This document shows positions 29,352-40,033 of a stretch of DNA of 64,000 bases, in pieces. Source of the stretch: an uncultured delta proteobacterium (GTDB taxonomy: Bacteria > Myxococcota_A > Polyangia > Polyangiales > Polyangiaceae); assembly GCA_963696385.1 (NCBI GenBank), contig CAVOKF010000007.1, forward strand, positions 96,001 to 160,000, read 5' to 3'. The notes under the pieces are model-generated. The model was not told where the DNA came from. It was given only the letters and a program-made list of their open reading frames with translations, and did not search any database. The first letter of the stretch is position 1, and every line of letters starts with the position of its first letter. The translations under genes and the position numbers were made by a program.

Positions 29352-30180
29352 TTGCCCGGCCGTGACGCGCGAATCGTGCTCGTCGACGTGATCGTCCCCA
29401 ACCTCTCGGGCGTGACGTCGCTTTCGGTCGGCTACGGCCCCTTGTCCCCCGTAGGGGGGGGCGGTGCCATCGCGTGTGCCGTCGTCACGGGCGGTGCAGT
29501 CGAGTGCTGGGGCAGCGGGCCCGTGGTGAATTCGACGGCGACCCCCGTCCCCATCGCCGGACTCTCGAGCGGCGTCACTGCTGTGTCGGTCGGAACCTCC
29601 GGCGCCTGTGCCATCACGGCCGGAGGCGGGGTCACTTGTTGGGGGAGCGGCGAATACGTCCGACCGACCGACCCGGTTCAAGTGGCCGATTCGTCGGCCG
29701 GCGCAACCGCGTTGTCCGTAGGTACGGAAGCGGCCTGCATAGTTGCCGCGGGCGGCGCCGTCATGTGCTGGGGCTCGAACGGAAGCGGCCAGCTGGGAGC
29801 CCCCGTACCGGACCGCAGCGATGTGCCGCTGCAAGTGCCTGGCCTGACTGATGGCTTCAAGTCCGTGGTCGTCGGAGACACCTTTGCCTGCGCGGTCTCG
29901 GCCGGCGGCGAGGTCGTCTGTTGGGGCGTCAGCCCGTTTCAAGACCCGGCGAGCCGGGGTCATCGTCGGGCCCGGCCCCGTGCCCGACTTGCCAAGCCTC
30001 GTGACCTCCATGGCGCTTGGCTACGGAAGTGCGCATGGCTACGGCAGCCCTGACACGGGGTGCGCGATTGCGTCCGCGGGTGGACTCTACTGTTGGGGAG
30101 GCAACCGCAACGCCCAGGTCACGGGCGATCCTTCCTCGCCCCAGGTCATCGCCGTGCCGCAGCGGGTGACGGGGTTCTAG
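29352..30180 (+). pseudogene. RCC1/BLIP-II repeat protein, frameshifted near 29950 and probably 5'-truncated
   Basis: Repeated ACA-x4-G-V-x-CWG units (VECWG, VTCWG, VMCWGSNGSGQLG, LYCWGGN) over two frames. Confidence 0.8.
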
Positions 30181-30495
30181 CGAGATGCGGGCTTCCGAGG
30201 GGTCCAGGACGTTTCGCCGACCGACTTGGGGAGCGCTACTTCGTGGGTAGGTCCGATGGCCTTCGCCCGTCGAGCGGGGAACACGTGCTCGTGGCGACCA
30301 CGTGACGAGCTTCGTCTATGGACTGCGGAGACTCCGTCACCAGGGGCGGCCCGCTCCTTGGCGCTACCGGAACCGCCCCGCAGCGGCACCCGCCTCGGAG
30401 GGTCATCGCTGCCCTCTGCGGCAAGCGCGTCGCTCCGTCCCGCTTCGAGCCGGAATGAGCGCAGCATCGGGGCGTTGTGACCGAACCCCAGCCCG

Positions 30496-31602
30496 TCACG
30501 GTAGCCCCCGCAGAAACATGTCGGCTGCGGCGAGGAGCTGGCTCGTCTCGACGAATTCGTCGGCCGCATGGGCTTCTGCAATGTCGCCCGGACCGAAGAC
30601 GACGGCATCGATACCCGCCTCGGACAGTAGCGCAGCCTCCGTCCAGAACTGCAAATCCACGGGCCCACGCGCCGCACCCCCAAGCAGCGGCGCGAAAGCG
30701 GCAAGGTCACGCGTCGCGAACGGAGGATTCGCGAGGATCACCTCCCACGTGATCGGGTCGGGTTCGGCTGCAGCGCGTGCCTCCCCTTCGGCCTCGCGAT
30801 GAAGCGCAAGCAGGTCGGCACCCGGCCAGGGGCGAAACGAAACCGTCAAGGTGGCTCGCGGGGGAATGACGTTGAACGCCACACCTCCGTCGATTCCCGC
30901 CACGTTCAGGCACAGTCCTTCAAAACCGGGAGGACCGTCGGTGCGCCGGCGACGACCCCACGCGTCCAATGCCACGGCGGCGCGCGACAGCGCGACCATG
31001 GGCGCGGGAAGTGAATCGGCTTGCGACGAGTGTCCGCCCCGTGAAGTCGCCGTACCTCGCGCTACGGCCACCCCACGATGGCGAATGCCGACGTGGCATC
31101 GGGTGGGCTCGCACACAATCGCACGCTCGAATCCTCGCCCGCGGCCCGACTGGATGAAAGCTCGAAGTACGCTGTTGCTGCGCTCCTCGTCGCCCGAGAA
31201 GAGGATGCCTACGCCGTTCACGGGCCGGCCGCTTTGCGCCCGCTCGTCGAGCGCTTCCAGCACCGCAGCGATCGCTCCTTTCGTGTCGGCCGCGCCGAGC
31301 CCGTACAGCCGGCCGCCACGCTCGACGAGCGTCAGCGGCGACGCCGTGTAACCTAGGCTGGCCGGAACGGTGTCGACGTGTGCATTCACCAAAATACGCG
31401 GAGACGGACCGAACACGGCGAAGACCGCGTGATGTCGTTCGATCGAAAATGTCTCGACCGCGGAAGCTCCTAGCGCACGAAGCTCCGCCGCGAGCTTCGC
31501 GATGACCGGACGCTCATCTCCTCCCGGGTTCTGCGTATCGACCGCAACGAGATCGGCCAGACGTCGACGCAACGATTCGGGGGCAGGGATCGAACGGCTC
31601 AT
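30496..31602 (-). CDS. argE: Acetylornithine deacetylase / M20 metallopeptidase
   Basis: NAHVDTVP, GLGAADTKG, GDEE, CEPT, GGHSS, GPGDIAEAHAADE. Confidence 0.82.
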   Translation of the reverse strand: MSRSIPAPESLRRRLADLVAVDTQNPGGDERPVIAKLAAELRALGASAVETFSIERHHAVFAVFGPSPRILVNAHVDTVPASLGYTASPLTLVERGGRLYGLGAADTKGAIAAVLEALDERAQSGRPVNGVGILFSGDEERSNSVLRAFIQSGRGRGFERAIVCEPTRCHVGIRHRGVAVARGTATSRGGHSSQADSLPAPMVALSRAAVALDAWGRRRRTDGPPGFEGLCLNVAGIDGGVAFNVIPPRATLTVSFRPWPGADLLALHREAEGEARAAAEPDPITWEVILANPPFATRDLAAFAPLLGGAARGPVDLQFWTEAALLSEAGIDAVVFGPGDIAEAHAADEFVETSQLLAAADMFLRGLP

Positions 31603-31910
31603 AGCAAATGTCCGTGGCGAAGGTCGAAGGCTGCCGAGAGACCGCGCTCACCGGCCGTGCGAGTCCGGTTATCGCCTGGAACGGCGAACCGATTGGGCTT
31701 AATTTAAGAGGACCGGCATGTTTGTGCTGCACGGATTCGCCCCGTTCGTCGTCTTCGAGAAGCCCGGGCGTCCGGCGCGTGAAGGCACCTGGCTCTTCAC
31801 CAAAGTGAGGCGGAAGTTCGCGGCCAAGCCCGCTAGCAAGGAATTCCGCGCGAGGCCGGTCAAGGCGATCCGCCATGCGGCGATCTGACTCCGGAGGAAG
31901 GGCTTGAGGC

Positions 31911-32397
31911 ATGGGGGACATCACGGTCGTCGAAGCCGATTCTGTCTCGGCCCGACCACGTTGAGGCGGTCGTGGACCAGATCGACGCTTACTCGCGCGA
32001 TCCCATCGCGAACGGTGGTGGCCTGTCGGAGGAAGTGAAACGCGATCTCGGTCCCGGATTGCAGGCGCACCCGGGCACCCACGTATTTCTCGCTTACCGT
32101 CACGGCGCTCCGGTCGGTGTCGCGGTGTGCTTTCTCGGATTCTCCACGTTCGCCGCCCGGCGCGTACTCAACATTCACGATCTGGCCGTGCAGCCAAAAC
32201 ATCGGGCCCTGGGCGTTGGGCGAAGGCTGCTCGAACGGGTCGAGCAGCGAGCGCGAGAACTGGGGTGCTGCAAGCTCACGCTCGAAGTGCAAGAGAACAA
32301 CGCGCGCGCCAAAGGCCTATATACCCAATTCGGGTTCGAACCGTACGAGCTTTCGAGCGAAGCGGGGCGCGCTCTCTTTTGGCAAAAGAAGCTCTAA
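31911..32397 (+). CDS. GNAT N-acetyltransferase (apparent +1 frameshift at 31940-31941)
   Basis: MGDITVVEAD then LSRPDHVEAVVDQIDAY, GFSTFAAR, LNIHDLAV, KLTLEVQENNARAKGLY. Confidence 0.85.
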
Positions 32398-32480
32398 CGT
32401 CGAGCCAAACTGCGCGGCTTTGCGGCTCTGCCGAGCAAGGACAAGAGTCGATCGCGGCGCGACGGGTGCTGGTCCGCCCC

Positions 32481-33440
32481 CTAAAACAATCCCGAGACGG
32501 CGAGGCCGGCCTGGTGGCCTGCCAGGGGCGATACCGTGAGTGTTGCCAGAAACGAGCTTTTGTGTGCGGTGTAATGAAGAAGGGTGGGCATGCCGTAGCC
32601 GAAGCCGAAACCAATGGCCCCACCGGTGAGCACGTCGGTCGCGTAATGGCGGTCCCCCATGATGCGCAGAACGCCGTCGCTCGTCGCCAGGAAGAGATCG
32701 CGGGCGCACGCCAATGCGTCCCAGACGCGGCTGCCGTAGATGGGCAAAAACCCATGATTGGCGCAGGATACGCCAGCGGCGGTGAACGCTTCGTTCGTGT
32801 GACCGCTCGGGAACGACGCGGTCGGGCTGATCCGACAGCCGGCGAAGGACGGATCGTGCTGGCAGTCTTCGTACGAGGGGCGGGCGCGACCGACCGAGTC
32901 GTAGAGGCCAATCGCCACGACCGAGCTGAACGCGTAGGCCTCGGCGTCCATCAAACCGAGCTGCAGCGCCACATCCGGGCTGCCGCGGAGTATCGGCAAG
33001 GCAAGGGAGTCCAGGCCGAACACGAGCACGACGAGACCGACGTCGACGGCATCGCTGAAGGCCCATGCCGTCTGCTGCGCCGCCGCGGTTCGCAACCGCA
33101 GGGTGTTGCGCACGGCGTCGTCGAACAGGATCCCGCCGATCCAGTGAGGTTGCGCTTGGGGACGCAGCCCGAAGTACATCCAGATTGCGGCGCCGCCCAC
33201 CACACCGCTAGCGACGTACTCGACGATACGGAAGCGTGGACGCTCGTCGGGCCACCGGAGCCTGCGATCCGCCTTTTTTTCGCTGCCAGACGAATCGGTG
33301 GGCGGCCCTGGAACGACCGACGAAGCGGCGGCGGCCGCAGGCGGGGTCGCCGGAACGGAGCTCGGAGGCGGCTGGGCCGGTGCCGTGGCGGCTAGAAGGT
33401 GGACGAGGCTCGCAAGGAAGAGGGGCATCGCGCGCAGCAT
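32481..33440 (-). CDS. PAP2-family phosphatase
   Basis: GRARP, SFPSGH, RIMGDRHYATDV. Confidence 0.88.
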   Translation of the reverse strand: MLRAMPLFLASLVHLLAATAPAQPPPSSVPATPPAAAAASSVVPGPPTDSSGSEKKADRRLRWPDERPRFRIVEYVASGVVGGAAIWMYFGLRPQAQPHWIGGILFDDAVRNTLRLRTAAAQQTAWAFSDAVDVGLVVLVFGLDSLALPILRGSPDVALQLGLMDAEAYAFSSVVAIGLYDSVGRARPSYEDCQHDPSFAGCRISPTASFPSGHTNEAFTAAGVSCANHGFLPIYGSRVWDALACARDLFLATSDGVLRIMGDRHYATDVLTGGAIGFGFGYGMPTLLHYTAHKSSFLATLTVSPLAGHQAGLAVSGLF

Positions 33441-33982
33441 GACAGTTATGTAGGTTGCTACGCCGGCTGCCGGCGTGGAAGGTTCGTCGAATCCGCGTCA
33501 ACGCGAGGCTCACGCTCGACGCGCTCAGACTCGAGCGCCCGATCCGCCACGTGACCCACCCGGCGGCGACAGAGAGCGCCATTTCAAGCGTTCGTCTTAT
33601 CAATTCCCGCGATTCCGCGCACTTAGCGCGATCGATTCGGCTTTCGGTCTGGTGCACCGGGCGCGAGGTTGGGCCAGCCTGTCCGCGCAAGGATCCGCGC
33701 GCTGGTCAGAGGGATCGAGCTTGTTGATCGTTGACGGCGTCTTGCGCACGGTGGCCTGGGCACTGCACTCGGCCAGGCGCGCCGCGAACTTCCCGAGTTT
33801 TTTGCGGTACCGGCCAGGGCCTTCACGAGAACTGGCGCGCGAAGGGCCCGATCCGCACCCGGGCGGGATCGACCGACGGGATGACCGTCGGCGTCCCCGA
33901 GTCCGGCCTTATCGGCCCGAGTGTTGACCGGCGTGCCCTACGCGGTAGTTTGTGCATGGGTCGCACCTGGATGGGGATGGCC

Positions 33983-34240
33983 ATGGCCGATGATGCAACA
34001 GGAAACGGGGCACTCACCGCGCCGGACGCGCTGGTGCTCGACCTGCTCGCTTGGATTGCCGCACGCCCGCGAACCTATCGCGAGACCATGGAAGCCTGGC
34101 GAACGTCCTGCCCGCGCCTGCCGGTCTGGGAAGACGCGGTCGAATACGGATGGCTTCAGGTCGTCCAGCACGGTGCGGGCTGGGGCGCACAGGCGGTCGA
34201 ACTCACGGAGGCAGGTCGGGCACGTCTGGGCGGCCGATGA
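33983..34240 (+). CDS. Small conserved hypothetical protein (winged-helix-like)
   Basis: LVLDLLAWI...YRETMEAWRTSCPRLPVWEDA...LTEAGRARL. Confidence 0.7.
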   Translation: MADDATGNGALTAPDALVLDLLAWIAARPRTYRETMEAWRTSCPRLPVWEDAVEYGWLQVVQHGAGWGAQAVELTEAGRARLGGR

Positions 34241-34272
34241 GGATCGCGATCCTCGAGCGAGGGCGATGAGCG

Positions 34273-34689
34273 ATGCCCCCATTGCCCGGCGTCGCTCGGT
34301 TCCCGATCCGGTTTGATCGTTGGTACAAGGCGCTTTCGCGTGCACTCTTCATCTCGCCGTCGGATTCCTATGTGGCGATGGACGGCGCGCAGGTGACCGT
34401 CCGTATGGCCTGGGCTTTTGAGGCGTCGTTCCCGTGTTCGGCGATCGCCGCGGCAGCGCCCTTCGACCGGCGGCCCGTGAGTCGCGGCGTCCACGGATGG
34501 CATGGCCGCTGGCTGGTCAATGGCTCCGGTGAAGGCATTCTGCGTATCGACCTTTCGCCCGGACAGAGGGCGCGCGTGCTCGGCGTGCCCGTCGGGCTAA
34601 GCGAGTTGCTCGTCAGCGTCGACGATCCCGCGCGGCTCGCATCCGCGTTCCGGAAGGCGTCAGGCGAAGCCGGAGGGACCGCCCCATGA
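34273..34689 (+). CDS. Conserved hypothetical protein
   Basis: RFPIRFD, VRMAWAF, GVHGWHGRWLVNGS, LLVSVDDP. Confidence 0.7.
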   Translation: MPPLPGVARFPIRFDRWYKALSRALFISPSDSYVAMDGAQVTVRMAWAFEASFPCSAIAAAAPFDRRPVSRGVHGWHGRWLVNGSGEGILRIDLSPGQRARVLGVPVGLSELLVSVDDPARLASAFRKASGEAGGTAP

Positions 34690-34845
34690 AGGAGTCCGCG
34701 ATCCCGGGCCGTGATGAGCCGCCGTCTCCCGTATCGGAGATCGCCCGCGAAAGCCTGGTGCTCGCGGGTGCTCAACACGAACCTCGTCGTGCACTCTCCG
34801 GCCAGAACACCCGGGCACCGCGTTCCAGGCACTCGGGACCTCGTC

Positions 34846-35424
34846 TTATTGGGGTGGCTTTCGGCGTACGATGACCTCGACGTCGCGCGCGCTCGACCGG
34901 GGCTTCGTCGCCGGGGCCGGCTTCCCCGGGGCGGACCTGTCCAGCGGCTCGGGCTTCGGGCCGGTCCGCGCCGCGACCTGCGGTCTTGCCGTCGACCAGG
35001 GCTCTCTCCTGCTCGCCGCCTTGGCTTGCTTGGTGGCCACGAGCGCGACATGTGCGAGTTGCCGCTCGGCCCTGCGCTGCGCGGCCGCGGCCACCTGAGC
35101 GGCCTCGCGCTGGACGTGTCGCGCGCGCTCCTCCGCGAGGGCCGGCAGCATCGGGACGATCGCGGCCTTCGCGTCCTCTATCGAGTAGAGCCGAGGCGAC
35201 GCACGAACGAACCGCACTCGTTCGGCGAGCTCGTGGCGCAACAGGGTGCTCAATGCGTTTCTCGACATGCCGAGAATCTTGGCGATCTCGGCTTCGGTGG
35301 CGAGCTCGGCGCCGGCGGCCACGAGTCCGTGAGGATCGCGATCGGGCGGGGTGGCGTTCGTCGTTGTCATGGCTTCGACTTGCATAGCGGCATCCGCGAT
35401 TCGATCCACTGTGGGTGCCCGCAT
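34846..35424 (-). CDS. Hypothetical HTH DNA-binding-like protein (start uncertain)
   Basis: ATEAEIAKILGMSRNAL...RLYSIEDA, then a coiled-coil and a basic tail. Confidence 0.55.
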   Translation of the reverse strand: MRAPTVDRIADAAMQVEAMTTTNATPPDRDPHGLVAAGAELATEAEIAKILGMSRNALSTLLRHELAERVRFVRASPRLYSIEDAKAAIVPMLPALAEERARHVQREAAQVAAAAQRRAERQLAHVALVATKQAKAASRREPWSTARPQVAARTGPKPEPLDRSAPGKPAPATKPRSSARDVEVIVRRKPPQ

Positions 35425-35694
35425 CGATGCGAGCGATTCGGAATCCGCGTCGGGACGCGTCCTTCGGCGAGAGTCCCGCGGATAGCGGCCGCCCTGACGT
35501 CCCGTCGGCTGCCCGAGCGTGCTCTACGCCCGGTCTGAACCCGTGCCGCGCCCACGCGCTTAAAGCGCGTGGGCGACTCCGACGCGAATGGCGGTCATCG
35601 TGCCGGTTGCGGCCACACCGGCTGGCCGTCGGCGCGCGTGACGAGGCCGGCGGGTCCGCGTGCTAACCTTGCGCAGGCAAAGACGCGGCGAGCC

Positions 35695-36069
35695 ATGAAA
35701 GCACATAGGGTATCTGTTATGTGCATTGCGCTGCTGGTCGCTTGCTCCAGCAGCACCCGTCCGAGCTCCGTTGTCACCGGCACATCCACGACGACCTCCG
35801 ACGTCTGTTCCTGCGACACGGGCGGACTTACCGCCGTTTGCAGCGGCACAACGACATTCACGGCCGCGCCGTGGACCTCTACGGCAACCGAGCTTCTCGT
35901 AGGGTGTCAGACAAGCGGAGAAGCTGGCATCGACCCGACCTACACATGTGTGTTCGGCGTCTGCGGCCCGCCCTGCGGCATTCAATCCATTTGCAGCGCC
36001 CCCGCCCCCGACGGAGGCGTTACCGGCTCGTCAATCGGGACGGCTACCGGGACCCGTACGGGCCCCTAA
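35695..36069 (+). CDS. Small Cys/Thr-rich lipoprotein
   Basis: LVAC lipobox and a Cys-rich mature part. Confidence 0.7.
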   Translation: MKAHRVSVMCIALLVACSSSTRPSSVVTGTSTTTSDVCSCDTGGLTAVCSGTTTFTAAPWTSTATELLVGCQTSGEAGIDPTYTCVFGVCGPPCGIQSICSAPAPDGGVTGSSIGTATGTRTGP

Positions 36070-36276
36070 CTGACCTGCCCCCGCGGCGCGAACCCGTGCC
36101 GTCTTCACAGCGGGGAACCTATCGCGGGCGCTGCGGTGGCGCTTGACCGCGCTTGCGATTCTGGTCCTTGCGGCGCGGCCCAAGGCGAGCCCTGCCAGCG
36201 CCGGCGGCCGACCCGCCGGCGTACGGCGGCGGTGCCGAGAATCGCCTGCCCGTCGCGACGTGCGCTTGGCGGCGCC

Positions 36277-36762
36277 TCACACGAGAAGGTCGAAGTGCAA
36301 GACCTCCTCGCGCCGTCCCAGGGAAGCGTACAGACGGATCGCCGGCTCGTCGCCGCGGTCGGCCTGGACGAAGAGTACCCAGGCGCCACGGGCCCTCGCG
36401 AGACTCCGGAGCTCACCGATGAGCGCGGTCGCGATCCCGCGGCGCCGCTCGCCCTCCGCTACGGCGAGATCGTAGAGATACACCTCGTTCCGCTCTTGCT
36501 CGAACTTCTCGAGCACGTACGCGGCAAGGCCGCCGACCACCGCACCGTCCGCGAGCGCGACCAGCGCGACGTGGCTCGTCGACGCAAGCCAGCGGTGAAC
36601 GTAAGCGTCGGTGGGCGGGCGCGACAGGTACGATGCGGCATCCTCGAACGCCTCGGCGAAGAGGCGCTGCAGCCCGCGATACGGGGCCAGATCCCCGGCC
36701 GCCAGCAACCGGACTTCGATCGATCGACCGTCGCGCGTGGTCAGGGGGGGCGAAGAGGGCAT
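36277..36762 (-). CDS. AAC(3)-I-family aminoglycoside 3-N-acetyltransferase homolog
   Basis: FAEAFED, VVGGLAAYVLEKFEQERNEVYLYDLAV, RRRGIATALI, FVQADRGDEPAIRLY, REEVLHFD. Confidence 0.88.
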   Translation of the reverse strand: MPSSPPLTTRDGRSIEVRLLAAGDLAPYRGLQRLFAEAFEDAASYLSRPPTDAYVHRWLASTSHVALVALADGAVVGGLAAYVLEKFEQERNEVYLYDLAVAEGERRRGIATALIGELRSLARARGAWVLFVQADRGDEPAIRLYASLGRREEVLHFDLLV

Positions 36763-37342
36763 GCTCGATTTTACGCCAATCCGGTCCCCTGCACGAGGCC
36801 CCGGGCCCCATCGCACCGCATCGAGAAGCGTGTGCTGCCGATTGGACTGCACGAACACGTTCCTGGGGCACGCGAACGCCGGGACGGCGCGACTCGACGG
36901 TCGCGAAAGCGCCTGTGACCGCCCCCTGGCGTCGACCTTGACGTCCACGTTGGCAACATGAGTCGCGTGGATCGGTGGGGCCTCCGCCCCGCTCGGGGCC
37001 GCGCAGTCCTTCATCTTATCGGCGCTCGACGCGAGACGTCGACCGCCTTTCGTCGGTCCCGCCGGTCTCTGCCGAGGCAGGGTGACGATGACGCCCGCGC
37101 CGTCGCGAAGCGTCGTCCCTCCCTCCGGAAGGCCGAAGCAAGTCGGCGCCTGTCCATCTCGGGCTCATCGACGCAGCGGGACCCTGGTTCGGCTTTTTTC
37201 GTCGATCGCGCCACAGCGAATGTCGGATCCCAGCCGACCGAAACGTCGCGTCGATGAAAGGCAGCGAGAGCCCCGAGGAGTACGAGCGCGCATTCGCGAG
37301 CATGTGATTGGCATGAGGACCAAACACCGAAAGGAGACGATC

Positions 37343-37846
37343 ATGAAAACGAAGAATTTCACGACGACCATCCTGGTCGACCAGACCCCGCAGGAAGCGT
37401 TCGACGCCATCAACGACGTGCGCGGCTGGTGGTCTGGAGAAATCGAGGGACGTACGGACGTGCGCGGGGCCGAGTGGACGTACAGCTACAAGAAGATCCA
37501 TCGCACCACGCAGAAGATCACCGAGCTCGTGCCCGGCAAGAAGATCGTGTGGCACGTCACGGACAGCCGGCTCAACTTCGTCCGCGACACGAGCGAGTGG
37601 GACGGCACCGACATCGTGTTCGAGATCGCCAAGAAGGGCGCAAAGACCGAGGTCCGCTTCACGCACGTCGGCCTGGTGCCTACCATCGAGTGCTACGATG
37701 GGTGCTGCGGCGCGTGGGGCTTCTACATCAACGAGAGCCTTCGAGACTTCATCGCGAAGGGCACAGGGCAGCCCAACCCGGACAAGCGTCGTCCGAGTCG
37801 GGCGAAGAGTCGTGGCGAGCAGCCCGCGCACGACTCGCGGAGGTGA
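37343..37846 (+). CDS. SRPBCC/START-like domain protein
   Basis: AAGGAG RBS, FDAINDVRGWWS, ELVPGKKIVW, EWDGT, FTHVGLVP...ECY...W. Confidence 0.9.
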   Translation: MKTKNFTTTILVDQTPQEAFDAINDVRGWWSGEIEGRTDVRGAEWTYSYKKIHRTTQKITELVPGKKIVWHVTDSRLNFVRDTSEWDGTDIVFEIAKKGAKTEVRFTHVGLVPTIECYDGCCGAWGFYINESLRDFIAKGTGQPNPDKRRPSRAKSRGEQPAHDSRR

Positions 37847-38107
37847 GCCGGTGGGCGCTCGCTCGTATCCGTTCAAGCCCTCCGTCGAGAGCGTTGCACG
37901 GGCCGACGGTTCGCCAGCGCCCGCCGCGGTCGATGCAGCGGAGGCGCGCGCGCTTGCCGAAGCGAAGGCCGTCGCCCGGGCGACGACACGAGGGCGGAAG
38001 GGGGCACGACACCCTTGTCGCGGGGGCACCGACGGGTCCGCGTGCAAACCCACGTCTTTGCGCGCAAGCGGGCCGGCCGGCATACGGCGTGCATCGACGG
38101 ATCGGTC

Positions 38108-38542
38108 ATGAATATTCTGCAAGGCACAACGGCTTGTGGTCTATTCGGTCTCGCCACCTTGTGGGGTGCAGAGACGGGCTGCGCAATTCGAGCTTGCGAC
38201 GACCTCTCCGACGTAAGGCAGTTGGCGGTCTTCGATCTCTCCTGCGCCCCGACGGACCTGACGACCGTCGACGTGTCGGTACCCTGCGCGGCGGCCGACG
38301 CGAGTACCGATCCGAGCAACTACGTGCGAGGCAATCAAATTTGGATCTCAAGCGGTGTCTCGGGCACCTGTCACGTTGCGCTCACGTTCGCGACGGGCTT
38401 CACGTACTCGGCCGACGTGACGTTCACTGCGACGACAGACAGCTGCGGGACGACCGACGTGCGGGCGACGCAGACCGTATTTGCCGTCGACAATCCGAGC
38501 TCGACCTGCCCAGACGGTGGCGAGTTGCCCCCTGGCGACTAA
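38108..38542 (+). CDS. Hypothetical Cys-containing exported protein
   Basis: Signal-like N-terminus, GTCHVALTFATGF beta-rich segment, CPDGG tail. Confidence 0.6.
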   Translation: MNILQGTTACGLFGLATLWGAETGCAIRACDDLSDVRQLAVFDLSCAPTDLTTVDVSVPCAAADASTDPSNYVRGNQIWISSGVSGTCHVALTFATGFTYSADVTFTATTDSCGTTDVRATQTVFAVDNPSSTCPDGGELPPGD

Positions 38543-38588
38543 CGGGATCCGAAAACCGCCTCCCGGAAGAACCCCCTTGGTTGGGTGC

Positions 38589-39044
38589 TCACGACAGTAG
38601 CACTACGCACATGACACACAGAAGCAGAATAACGTCAGGAGTCTCGAGGTAAAGAACGTCGCGTATTCGTAGATGCTTTGCATCGGTTTCACGAATTTTA
38701 GCGAGAATAAGCGTGGACGCGGAATCCACCATCTTGTCGATGCTAGCCACGCCAAGTAGAAATAGTGCAAGAGCGCCAATCAAAGTGTACAGTTTGCCCA
38801 ACGAGGAAATCTCGGCGCGATCTCCCATCATCGCCTTCCGCAATATCGAGCCACCGAGCGGTGAAACGAAGCCGGCACAGAGAACGGCCCCCGCGTGCGT
38901 AACGCCTCGACCCAGGCGAACGACGCGAGGGTCCTCCGGTTCATCCATCCTCATTCGGACGTCTGCGGCGCGTTCCTGGAATATGTATGCCAAAACCAAC
39001 ACCACAAAGAGAACGGGGGGCATCAAGTACAAAGTCAAGCGCAA
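38589..39044 (-). CDS. Small multi-TM membrane protein (candidate immunity protein)
   Basis: Three to four hydrophobic segments, visibly AT-richer DNA, downstream of a toxin-like ORF. Confidence 0.55.
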   Translation of the reverse strand: MRLTLYLMPPVLFVVLVLAYIFQERAADVRMRMDEPEDPRVVRLGRGVTHAGAVLCAGFVSPLGGSILRKAMMGDRAEISSLGKLYTLIGALALFLLGVASIDKMVDSASTLILAKIRETDAKHLRIRDVLYLETPDVILLLCVMCVVLLS

Positions 39045-39199
39045 CCCCCGGCGGGACCGATTCCAGTTTCTTGCATCGGTCCGCGAACGCCATTTGGGTC
39101 AACCGGCAAAGCGCGAATCGACCGATCGCGATGTTGCGTCGCTGACGCCGAAACCATTCGCAATAACGATGTGGGACGCATCTGTCGTGTGCCTCCGGG

Positions 39200-39967
39200 C
39201 TACTTGGGCCGCGACGCCGGGATGCTCACTGTGTCCGACCCCATGTCTGCGTTCCCGTCGCCCCAAAGCTGGATATAGGGTCCTGTTAACGGGCCCGACG
39301 TCGTTTCATAGTGATGCAGCATGATGGCTCGGCCGTCGCCAATGCGAACAAACGCCTCAGCGTTTGGAAACCCGTCTCCTGTCATACTCGTCGTGATACT
39401 CATCGAACCATCCGCGAGCAGTTGGATGACGAATGTGGTATGCAGATTGATGTCTGGCGTCATGAAACTCGGTGCCGGCGCCTCGGGGTTGCCGGCCGCA
39501 TGTTTCATGAAGACCGTCATCACGTTGTTGGCATCCACGCTCGATGTACCTTGCACCTTGGGGACAGCCGTCCCCGTAAACTGAAGGTGCGGTATGATGG
39601 CCGGCCAATACGAATACTGATCGTATTTGAAGGGCAACGCCGGCCAGGCCGACTCGTTTGAAAACGCCGAAAACGTAACGTTGTTCGTTGTCGTGTCGAG
39701 TCTCGCTATACTTGTGACACGTGCGCGTGCATTCGGACTCGTGGACGGGCCACGGTCATCGCCTTCATATCCGCCGCCAAAGCTGTCGAAAGGCGCGTAC
39801 GAGCGCGTCACGAACTCGACGACCGGACCAAATGAGGTGAGGCACGGACGCGGTAGGGCGCGGGGGCTATGGACGTTCCGTTTTCCACCTGGCGCGAGGA
39901 CGAGTTGGCGAGGCACTGCGGGTGCCGCCGGAGCCGCAGGGACAGAGCTTGCAGCGTCGTCGGACAT
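39200..39967 (-). CDS. Toxin-like protein resembling DUF3238 / Rhs C-terminal domains
   Basis: RSYAPFDSFGGGYEGDDRG...ARV, AGNP, TPDIN, GDGFPNAEAFV. Confidence 0.65.
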   Translation of the reverse strand: MSDDAASSVPAAPAAPAVPRQLVLAPGGKRNVHSPRALPRPCLTSFGPVVEFVTRSYAPFDSFGGGYEGDDRGPSTSPNARARVTSIARLDTTTNNVTFSAFSNESAWPALPFKYDQYSYWPAIIPHLQFTGTAVPKVQGTSSVDANNVMTVFMKHAAGNPEAPAPSFMTPDINLHTTFVIQLLADGSMSITTSMTGDGFPNAEAFVRIGDGRAIMLHHYETTSGPLTGPYIQLWGDGNADMGSDTVSIPASRPK

Positions 39968-40033
39968 TCAGGTCTTCCCTCGTTCGAGGGTCAGCAAAGG
40001 CCGCAGAACATCCATGGGGCGACCTCGAATCGT

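Noticed and set aside
36100..36800. Integron cassette around the aac(3)-I homolog
   Set aside because: No RYYYAAC...GTTRRRY attC structure is visible downstream and there is no tyrosine integrase.
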